Sequence record: MW845758.1
DNA length: 64,000 nucleotides
Direction: 5' to 3' (one strand)
Below are positions 52,265 to 60,025 of this stretch, piece after piece; positions within the stretch are counted from its first letter, which is position 1; every line of letters begins with the position of its first letter. The notes beneath the pieces are model-generated. The model ran no database searches, was not told the DNA's origin, and was given only the letters and a program-made list of their open reading frames with translations. The position numbers were made by a program, and so were the translations under genes.

Positions 52265-52455
52265 ATGCACTCCAAATCTGGGGTGTCGTCGTGTATACCG
52301 TTTTTGCCGCGATAGTGGCATGGGGACTGATGACATTAGCCCCGCGTTACCGGCCGGGGAAACCTTGGCCTCTCATTATTTTCTCCGTAGGTGTATTGGC
52401 TATCATGATCTACGGCGGCTGGTTATTTGGACGATATGTACTTAGTGGACTGTAA
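52261..52455 (+). CDS. Small protein with two hydrophobic helices
   Basis: GGAG RBS; two hydrophobic segments. Confidence 0.65.
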   Translation: MNALQIWGVVVYTVFAAIVAWGLMTLAPRYRPGKPWPLIIFSVGVLAIMIYGGWLFGRYVLSGL

Positions 52456-52465
52456 GGAGTAATCG

Positions 52466-53455
52466 ATGGCAACGCATATTGCATTAACAGGCGGGTTGGA
52501 TTCAACATGGTGTTTGCTAAACGCCAAAGAAGCAGGCAGCGTCGTTAAACCGGTGTTGTTTAACATGGGCAACGGACCTAACGCGGTGCTGGTTGAATAC
52601 CTGATGAGTCGTGAGATGGTTCGTCGTTTGTGGAAAGGTTCAGATAACGACAACGTCAGTCACCAAGTCATCGGTCAGAACCGGCTAGGTGGCTACATTT
52701 TCACCAACAACAACACCCCGTCCATGCGTCTGATTCAACAAGGTCGAGTGGTTAACGGACTGGCCGGTGCCGCAACCGACGAGAGTCGAGTTCGAGATCC
52801 AATCCATTGCGTGGTAGGCTGGCATCGAGATGATGCATTTGAGAACAACAGCGAATACGGTGACTGGTCGTTAGATGACTATAACAAACTGAAACAGCTG
52901 TTCGAACTCCAGTGTTATTTCGCGGACACTGGCCGTCGTATTCACCCACTACAAACGCCCGCGTGGGATAAATCAAAGTTAGAGATGTGGAATGCGTTAC
53001 CGATGGATATCCGCCCACTGGTGACCATTCATTGGCACACTGCGATGAATTTCTACTGGTCTCCGAAGCGTGGGGAGTTGTTGATTTATACCTCCCCTCT
53101 ACATTTCTCACACAAAGCCAAAAAGTATCACCTGTGTGGTTTTGATACAGCCGCCGCATGGATTCTCCAAGTTGATGAGAATTTGATTGTGGAGTTGGAA
53201 ACAGACGCCATTCACAAGGGTGAGCGCCCGTCGGCTGTAAAACTCTTACTGGAGACTTTATCGAACGAAACGATGTTTAATCGCAGCGAGATTGTTCTCC
53301 GTAAAAACATTACAATTAACCACTGGTACACGCACGCGCGCTGGAGCACTGAAGGTGAAACAATCATTAACGAGTTTAAAGAAGACTTTGAAACGGCTTA
53401 TGATAAAGCTCAGGCCGGTAAAGCAAAAGAGTCCGCCACGGAAGTCTCTGGATGA
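52466..53455 (+). CDS. QueC-like PP-loop (adenine nucleotide alpha-hydrolase) protein
   Basis: HIALTGGLDSTWCL PP-loop, VVGWHRDD, TPAWDKSK; no C-terminal Zn-binding Cys cluster. Confidence 0.6.
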   Translation: MATHIALTGGLDSTWCLLNAKEAGSVVKPVLFNMGNGPNAVLVEYLMSREMVRRLWKGSDNDNVSHQVIGQNRLGGYIFTNNNTPSMRLIQQGRVVNGLAGAATDESRVRDPIHCVVGWHRDDAFENNSEYGDWSLDDYNKLKQLFELQCYFADTGRRIHPLQTPAWDKSKLEMWNALPMDIRPLVTIHWHTAMNFYWSPKRGELLIYTSPLHFSHKAKKYHLCGFDTAAAWILQVDENLIVELETDAIHKGERPSAVKLLLETLSNETMFNRSEIVLRKNITINHWYTHARWSTEGETIINEFKEDFETAYDKAQAGKAKESATEVSG

Positions 53456-53894
53456 CATCGTTGGTGTGTATTTCGATACCCACGACCGTGACATCGTAGC
53501 GCTGGCTGATTCAATCGGGATGTCGATTCCCGATCTGTATTTCTCGCTGGAGTCGGAGTCCCACAAAGCCAACGTGAAAGGCTTCGCTCCACAGGCGACC
53601 CGGATTATCATTAACAACGAAATCCACCGTCGTGCGTTTGGTAAACAGGAAGTTACGCTGCAGTTGCCTGAGTATTCCATGAACTTGCCGTTTATGTCCT
53701 TGGATGACTTGATTGAGTACCTGCGGATGATGGCCAGTCCATCCTCTCGTATCGACATGACACCGTACGATATCAATCAACGGGAAATCATGGCCAGTAT
53801 TATCGACTGTAACGGGAAACAAGTTCTGAGCGTCATCTCTGGACTGAACTTCGTGCAGTATCGGAATCTGTTAGAACAATATAAGGTTAAATAA
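53400..53894 (+). CDS. Hypothetical protein (start uncertain)
   Basis: Open frame between the PP-loop gene and hslU. Confidence 0.55.
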   Translation: MIKLRPVKQKSPPRKSLDDIVGVYFDTHDRDIVALADSIGMSIPDLYFSLESESHKANVKGFAPQATRIIINNEIHRRAFGKQEVTLQLPEYSMNLPFMSLDDLIEYLRMMASPSSRIDMTPYDINQREIMASIIDCNGKQVLSVISGLNFVQYRNLLEQYKVK

Positions 53895-53895
53895 C

Positions 53896-55623
53896 ATGCA
53901 TCAAAAGCGCAGTTTGGTGGATATGTCACCGAAGGATTTCGTGGCACTGTTCGATGAACACGTCTACGGCCAAGAGCAAGCCAAGAAGATTCTGGCCATC
54001 GCTCTGCGTAACCGCTACCGCACGTCTCAGCTTAAAGGCCAAGACCGCTTTAGCGTCCACAAACAAAACGTATTGTTCTTAGGCCCGACCGGTACCGGTA
54101 AGACCTCGTTGATTCGCGTGTTGCGTAACTATCTGGAACTGCCGGTGTTGGAATACGACATGACGGCCTTTACGGAGTCCGGTTACGTGGGACGTAGCAT
54201 CGAAGAGATTGGTAAGGAACTGCGTGAGTTGATGAAGACCACGAAGATTCCAAACTGGTATCTGGAAGCGCACGGTCAGCCAGTTGTTAAAGAGGCGAAG
54301 GAAAAGCGCTACACCCGCGACGAGCTTGAAAAACTGCAGGAGAAAGAGTTCTTCGAAAACCGTGAGAAGCAAGCCGCCCATGGTAAGCGCTATCATGCTG
54401 CCCGCGAAGAACGCATCAATGAGTTAATCGCAAACGGACTGTACAGCCCGGAGCGCCACAAAGAACTCGGGATGGTTTACTACCTCCGTTGTCTGATGTT
54501 GGGCCTTTACCGTGAAAACATCATTGAGGATGTGAGCAGCCTCGATTCGTTCGTCACCCTCAAAACCGATAAGCTGAACATCCCAAGCGTCGTGAAGGCC
54601 TGCGCCCGCTTAATGGAACTCTCGAAGATTCGGGAGGATGATGACACGAGCGACATGGATGAGGAGATGGCAGAACTCGAAATGGCCACGCTGATGTCTG
54701 AAATCATGAAGGCGTGCTTGATACTCGAAACCGACTATCTTCTCCCGGGCCGATTATTGATGTCGAGTCATCCTGATATGGCGTTGTCAGCACATGGCGC
54801 GTGGTCTTCGTTCGCTGAGAACTTCACAGAGGGGTCAGAACCGTATACCCCTCCTGCGTTTGAAGCATTCAGTGCGGACGAGGGTATTGAAACACTCGGG
54901 GCCATCTGTGATAACTTCGAAGTCATCGAAAGTCTGTTCACGATGTGTGATGAGTTCACGCACTACAACAACGAAGCGCTGTGGGTCATGCCGAAATGGG
55001 AAGATTACTCTGAAGAGAAAATCGAACAACAGGAAGCAGGCGCGAAGAAGTCTAATGTGCGTATTGATCCGAAGTCCTTTATCGAAAACTTTGCCGTGGT
55101 GTTCTTAGATGAGTTTGACAAACTGATTGAAGAAGACACTACACGTACACACATCTCTCGTTCAGGTGTACAGCGTAGTTTGTTGAAAATGGTCGAGGGT
55201 GGCACGTACGCCGGTATTGACACCACGAACGTGTTGTTCATTGCAGCGGGGTCGTTTGCTGGCGCACCCGTCAGTAAGCTGATGCCAGAGCTGCAAGGTC
55301 GCTTCCCACTGCGTGCACACCTGCAACCGCTGGATGCGGATGCGTACGTTCACATCTGTAAGATGGCGGGTAGTGAGTTCCAAGGCCACATCGCATTGAT
55401 GAAAACCGAAGACGTGAAGGTCAACTACGACATGGACACCTACCGCGTTATTGCGGAACGTACACTGTCGCAGAACCTGATTGACAACCTCGGTGCTCGC
55501 CGTCTGGGGGCAGTTATCAACTCGGTGTTCCAACCGGCGATGTACGAGCCGGAGAAATACCGCGAACACGGTTTTGATATCCGTGGGGAAACGTTGCGTA
55601 ATCCTAAGAAGGAGAGCAAATGA
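53896..55623 (+). CDS. hslU: HslU-like AAA+ ATPase with an enlarged I-domain
   Basis: YGQEQAKKILAIALRNRYR, GPTGTGKT, GYVG pore loop, VFLDEFDK, GVQRSLLKMVEG, MPELQGRFP, NLGARRL. Confidence 0.85.
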   Translation: MHQKRSLVDMSPKDFVALFDEHVYGQEQAKKILAIALRNRYRTSQLKGQDRFSVHKQNVLFLGPTGTGKTSLIRVLRNYLELPVLEYDMTAFTESGYVGRSIEEIGKELRELMKTTKIPNWYLEAHGQPVVKEAKEKRYTRDELEKLQEKEFFENREKQAAHGKRYHAAREERINELIANGLYSPERHKELGMVYYLRCLMLGLYRENIIEDVSSLDSFVTLKTDKLNIPSVVKACARLMELSKIREDDDTSDMDEEMAELEMATLMSEIMKACLILETDYLLPGRLLMSSHPDMALSAHGAWSSFAENFTEGSEPYTPPAFEAFSADEGIETLGAICDNFEVIESLFTMCDEFTHYNNEALWVMPKWEDYSEEKIEQQEAGAKKSNVRIDPKSFIENFAVVFLDEFDKLIEEDTTRTHISRSGVQRSLLKMVEGGTYAGIDTTNVLFIAAGSFAGAPVSKLMPELQGRFPLRAHLQPLDADAYVHICKMAGSEFQGHIALMKTEDVKVNYDMDTYRVIAERTLSQNLIDNLGARRLGAVINSVFQPAMYEPEKYREHGFDIRGETLRNPKKESK

Positions 55624-55898
55624 AAAAGCAGACACTGTTGTTGCTACTGGGTTTCTGTCTTCCTGCGGTGGCTGCAGATAAACCGAAAGTCTACACGGAT
55701 CAGAAGGTCTATCTGCAGGCGTATATCGCCTGCGTTTCAGCACTTCAAGGCGGGAAGATTGAAAACATGGACGATGACTTCATCTACGCTTGTCGTAATA
55801 CTGCGCAAAGCGTGGCGACCATTGGGCCAGACATCACCGGTCAGCTGTTTAATGTAACGGATGATAATCGAAGTCAGTTACAAGAAAACAAAAACTAA
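55620..55898 (+). CDS. Small secreted protein
   Basis: Signal peptide MKKQTLLLLLGFCLPAVAA; Cys pair. Confidence 0.7.
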   Translation: MKKQTLLLLLGFCLPAVAADKPKVYTDQKVYLQAYIACVSALQGGKIENMDDDFIYACRNTAQSVATIGPDITGQLFNVTDDNRSQLQENKN

Positions 55899-55910
55899 GG
55901 GTTGGTGGGC

Positions 55911-56129
55911 ATGATTTCAATGTACGCTGGATTTGCGTGCCTTTATGTTGTTGTCACGGCATTGGGCATAGCGGTACTTTACAGCTGCTGGGAATTTGGT
56001 TGTGCGTTGATTAAGTTCAACGGGATGCGCGGTCTTCGGGCCGTTGCATTGTTTATCATCGCGTTCTACGCGTCGTGTTTTATCATGCCGTTGTTCTTAA
56101 CGGCCTACGTGAGGATCATTCAACTTTAA
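55911..56129 (+). CDS. Small protein with two hydrophobic helices
   Basis: Two hydrophobic segments. Confidence 0.6.
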   Translation: MISMYAGFACLYVVVTALGIAVLYSCWEFGCALIKFNGMRGLRAVALFIIAFYASCFIMPLFLTAYVRIIQL

Positions 56130-56141
56130 AAGGAGGAGTCG

Positions 56142-56522
56142 ATGTCAACCTTGCGCGTGTATACGATCCAAATGGGTAAGTGGCGAAAAGCTGTTGACAT
56201 GGGCATCCCCCTACTCAACATTACGATTAAATCCGGTGAGGCTATTTTCGCACCGGACTGGGATTTTCTGATGACGTACAAGGACTCTGCAAAGGGTCCT
56301 GAGGATGAGGCTGCGTATACGCAAGCGTACGCGGCTAAAATCAACCGCAAGTTAAAAGAATTCCCGAATAAGTTTTCAGATATATTTAATAATAGTGAGA
56401 TAGCCTTAGCTTGCTATTGTGCTGAAGGCAAGTTCTGTCACCGGCACCTGTTCGTCAAAGTTTTAAAGCAGCTAGGTACGCAACTGAACATTCACGTTGA
56501 GTACGTTGGCGAAATCAATTAG
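56142..56522 (+). CDS. DUF488-family protein
   Basis: VYTIQ, FAPDWDFL..YK and ALACYCAEGKFCHRHL. Confidence 0.75.
   Translation: MSTLRVYTIQMGKWRKAVDMGIPLLNITIKSGEAIFAPDWDFLMTYKDSAKGPEDEAAYTQAYAAKINRKLKEFPNKFSDIFNNSEIALACYCAEGKFCHRHLFVKVLKQLGTQLNIHVEYVGEIN
56377..56398 (+). promoter_or_regulatory. Putative early promoter, copy 7, inside the DUF488 CDS
   Basis: CAGATATATTTAATAATAGTGA, same spacing as the other copies. Confidence 0.5.
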
Positions 56523-56544
56523 CAAAAACTGTAAGGAGTAATAG

Positions 56545-57192
56545 ATGGGAATTGTTAGAGTGGTTCGTGTGCCAGTGATTCAATTACGAAGCTGTGACTT
56601 GAAGACCGAGGAAGAGCGCACCCGCTACGGTGAAGTGTCGAATCGTGGAGAAAAGCTCGTTGAGGAGCTAAAGAAAGAGGGCCATCCGGTTGAGTGGTAT
56701 CCGTTGCCTTACTTACCCTCCATTCGCAGTAACATGGCACAGGCGCTTACGGCGACTTCAACGCTTGCGGTGTTGCAGCCTAATTCCGAAGAAGCTGTAG
56801 TGCTTTATCGGGCACTGGAAAGGACGTTCAAGGAATTCGGAGACAAAACAAAAGAAGAAGACGAGACAACGTGGCTGGATGGTCTCGCCATTATCAGCAA
56901 ACATCGCGTCGAAGTGACCCGCCGTTTCTTACAAGAGCACGGTGATCCAGTGGCGAACAAACCCGGTTGGTATCGTCACAACCCTATCCAAAGTATCAAA
57001 GAGAAAGAAGTTACCGTTCAACCATGGGAACCGGGCGTGCGTAAAGGTTTCGACCGGTCAGTGCGTCGTCCCCAGAGCCACTTCCCTGTATTAACTATCG
57101 AATTACCGAACGGCAAGCCGCCTGCCGGTGTCCGTGAAGACATCGCTGAGCATCTGCGTCTGATCGGTTACGCTGTTAAATTCAAAAACTAA
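56545..57192 (+). CDS. Hypothetical protein
   Basis: CTGTAAGGAGTAAT RBS. Confidence 0.75.
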   Translation: MGIVRVVRVPVIQLRSCDLKTEEERTRYGEVSNRGEKLVEELKKEGHPVEWYPLPYLPSIRSNMAQALTATSTLAVLQPNSEEAVVLYRALERTFKEFGDKTKEEDETTWLDGLAIISKHRVEVTRRFLQEHGDPVANKPGWYRHNPIQSIKEKEVTVQPWEPGVRKGFDRSVRRPQSHFPVLTIELPNGKPPAGVREDIAEHLRLIGYAVKFKN

Positions 57193-57207
57193 GTAAGGAG
57201 CAATATC

Positions 57208-57465
57208 ATGACAACTGAAAACAAAACCACCTCGAGCGTACTGCGTAATTTCTTCAGCGACGGTTCTGAACCTCGCGTTCCACCGAAGCTGACCGTAACG
57301 TCAGATACCCCACTGACCACCGACGAAGCAGCGCGGGTTGCTGAAGCGCTGGAGGCGGATGGTTTCTCTTGGGTTATCGAAGGTGCGACTGTTGACCCTA
57401 TCGGTGTATCCGATAATGTTGCCCGTCGTTCTAAATCCACTCCGCGTGTTAAGCGAGGTGGCTAA
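57208..57465 (+). CDS. Small hypothetical protein
   Basis: TAAGGAG RBS. Confidence 0.7.
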   Translation: MTTENKTTSSVLRNFFSDGSEPRVPPKLTVTSDTPLTTDEAARVAEALEADGFSWVIEGATVDPIGVSDNVARRSKSTPRVKRGG

Positions 57466-57995
57466 TGGAACTCGCAACGCTTAACTGTTTTACAAAACGT
57501 GAGCGTTCGGTGCTGACTCGCCTGCATTCGGGCGAGTCTGTTACGGACAACATCGCAATTGACCCGAAGAAGCTCGCCGTTGCCAAACACTTCCACTCGC
57601 AAGACTGGGACATCGAATATTTCCGTTTGCAGGCGTTCTCTAACGCGTTGGTGCAGTTGGCCGAGTACAACACTTGCCGTGTGCCTGACGAGTGGGTGTG
57701 GTTCATTCCACACACGCCTACGTCGATTGCTGTACGTTGCACTACCGAGATGATTAACATCAAACCGGTGGCACACCCTGCGCGTCTGAAACCGTTCTTG
57801 GAGTTGATTTACAAAACGCCACTCAGTTCCATCGATGCGTATTGTGAAATTTTAGAAGAACTCGGTCACGACAAAATCAAATTCGTTGCCTCAAACACCG
57901 CTGACAAGAACGGGTACTTCACCGCACTGTCGTGGGTTGCAGGTCCATTTAGCAACACGAACATCATTTACTTGAACCGGAACAAACTTTCATGA
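57465..57995 (+). CDS. Hypothetical protein
   Basis: GAGG RBS; TAATG coupling. Confidence 0.7.
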   Translation: MELATLNCFTKRERSVLTRLHSGESVTDNIAIDPKKLAVAKHFHSQDWDIEYFRLQAFSNALVQLAEYNTCRVPDEWVWFIPHTPTSIAVRCTTEMINIKPVAHPARLKPFLELIYKTPLSSIDAYCEILEELGHDKIKFVASNTADKNGYFTALSWVAGPFSNTNIIYLNRNKLS

Positions 57996-58291
57996 AACCC
58001 TTAGAGAAGACACAGAAAGAGTTGCTCGACCACCTGCTCGGGGGTGGTAAAGTAGAAGACACTCGGGAGTGGGCGGATGCACTTCTGATGTCTCTCTTTG
58101 ATCACCGTTCAGGCCACTATGAAATTGTGGTATTGGGTGACGAGTATTGTTTTCGCACCAAAGACCGGGAATACGAAATCCAACGCGTACCCGCCACTGT
58201 CGGCGGGGTATTGCTCTTGGCCTCTAACTATTACACATTCGTCGAAGTCGCCCTTAACTACTACGCCACCGGTGGGAAAAAGGGTTTCTAA
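57992..58291 (+). CDS. Small hypothetical protein
   Basis: ATGA overlap with the previous stop. Confidence 0.65.
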   Translation: MKPLEKTQKELLDHLLGGGKVEDTREWADALLMSLFDHRSGHYEIVVLGDEYCFRTKDREYEIQRVPATVGGVLLLASNYYTFVEVALNYYATGGKKGF

Positions 58292-58314
58292 TCAATACCT
58301 GTAAGGAGTAATCA

Positions 58315-58548
58315 ATGTTAAAACCAAGAAGGTCACGAAAGAATCGCGCGCAGATGACGTTCCGCAATGACGGAACAGGGGCGTACTATTCGCCCAATCG
58401 TAAAGTGTTACGGATCACCGAAGAGGACTTTGCGACGATTGCGAAGTTGAAATTCCCCAACCCGGCAAATATTTGGTACGGTATGCGGGCAATGCAGGCT
58501 CACATCGAACGTAAGGAAGCTGAAAATGTTAAAACCACGCAAGCGTAA
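58315..58548 (+). CDS. Small basic protein (MLKPR N-terminus)
   Basis: CTGTAAGGAGTAAT RBS. Confidence 0.7.
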   Translation: MLKPRRSRKNRAQMTFRNDGTGAYYSPNRKVLRITEEDFATIAKLKFPNPANIWYGMRAMQAHIERKEAENVKTTQA

Positions 58549-59821
58549 GCAGCGTATCCAGATGACGGTGTTGGGTCATCAGTTTGTGGTGCACCATCCT
58601 AAGCACGGACGTACGCCTCTCAGTAACGATGAGACGAACGGACTCTACAGTCACGGCCTGATGTACTCTGATGCCCGACAGGCGCCGTATATGCAACGAC
58701 AGGCGCTTTATATTGCATCCCAACGCCATCGCTTTGCCTGCGTAGGTGTGACGGGTTTACGTGCGATGACCGAGGGCGAGTGGAACGCACATTGGATATA
58801 TCGCCACATGAGACGTATGCATCGTGAAACCCAGTTCTGGACTGTGGGTGGCAGGGGACATCTGAGTCATTCTCTCCTCACATCTGAGATGCGCCGCCAG
58901 ACGTCCAGCCCGACTCCTGAGATTGTGGAGCACTTACTGAGAGGTCCACGGGAAAGTGATTTCTTCTTTGGATTGGGGCCTAGTGCCTCGAAACCAAATG
59001 CGGCACTCACAACGCATATCTTGAAAGGTCGTAAACCGGGACTGAGTTCCTTATTCGCAAACGGCATTGGGGATTCACCTCGCATTAATCCGTCTATGCG
59101 TAAATCCGATTTTGAACTGGCGTTGGCAATGAAGTTGGGGCCAGAAGCCGCTAAGAAGTTATTGATGGAACGGCTCACCGTCCCCGGACCCAACGGTGAC
59201 CGTTATTTCATTTCCTCTGAATCTGGAAGTGAGCGTCTCAACGACTTATTCAATGCGATGATAAAAGCGGAGGAAAACACCAGTTATAGCATTCGTGAAG
59301 TACCTCCCGATCGTGTTCTCCAGAAACTGGATAACATGGGCCATGTCGGTGCTTTGGGTATCGAGCCGAGTGGGAGACCTCCGCTCACTATGGCAAGAGA
59401 ATACGCTATGGTGGGATCGTGGGGCGCGCCTTGGTTCGATTCCATGCTCGAGCCTTTCACCGGAGAGGTTAAAGGTGTGGAATTAAGAAAGTCTTCGGCT
59501 TCGTTAAACAATCCGGAACTGAAAGGTGTTGACCCGTTCTCTGAAGAGTTGACCGCTGAACAAAAGGCAGCCATTCTCGAAGAAGCGAAAATCAACCCGA
59601 TGTATTTTTATCGGATTGTAAGACAAGCCATGAGCACTCCGTGGACAGATAGTCGTTTCCCGTTCTCGGAAGAAGACGTTAAGAGCCTTACGGCTTTGTA
59701 CAGTCTCGCGAAAGAGCACGAGTATCGCCCACAAAACATCGATACCACCAAGAAGCATTATTTCTCACATATCTCGCCAGAAGAGTTATTCGCTGCGCCG
59801 AAGCCAGAAGATGACGAATAA
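58526..59821 (+). CDS. Hypothetical protein (431 aa, MLKPR N-terminus)
   Basis: TAAGGA RBS; first 14 aa resemble the upstream ORF. Confidence 0.7.
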   Translation: MLKPRKRKQRIQMTVLGHQFVVHHPKHGRTPLSNDETNGLYSHGLMYSDARQAPYMQRQALYIASQRHRFACVGVTGLRAMTEGEWNAHWIYRHMRRMHRETQFWTVGGRGHLSHSLLTSEMRRQTSSPTPEIVEHLLRGPRESDFFFGLGPSASKPNAALTTHILKGRKPGLSSLFANGIGDSPRINPSMRKSDFELALAMKLGPEAAKKLLMERLTVPGPNGDRYFISSESGSERLNDLFNAMIKAEENTSYSIREVPPDRVLQKLDNMGHVGALGIEPSGRPPLTMAREYAMVGSWGAPWFDSMLEPFTGEVKGVELRKSSASLNNPELKGVDPFSEELTAEQKAAILEEAKINPMYFYRIVRQAMSTPWTDSRFPFSEEDVKSLTALYSLAKEHEYRPQNIDTTKKHYFSHISPEELFAAPKPEDDE

Positions 59822-59831
59822 ATAAAGATAA

Positions 59832-59864
59832 GGTAGCCCTAGTGGCTACCCTCTTTTATTTTTT
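59832..59864 (+). terminator. Intrinsic terminator
   Basis: GGTAGCC-CTAGT-GGCTACC followed by a T tract. Confidence 0.7.
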
Positions 59865-60025
59865 GGCCCTACTCCCGAAAGGGGGTGTGTATGTAGCTGC
59901 ACTTTATTTTTTGGCATCAACCCCTGCCAACCCCTCCTTCTGATTAGAGGGAGGGGTACTTTATTTCGTTGCTTATGGCACACTGCCACTACTCTCCACA
60001 CCAGCCAAAACAATAGGAGTCCAGC

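Noticed and set aside
54230-55080. Intein or intron inside hslU
   Set aside because: No C/S start with an HN-C/S/T junction, no LAGLIDADG motif, and the frame is uninterrupted.
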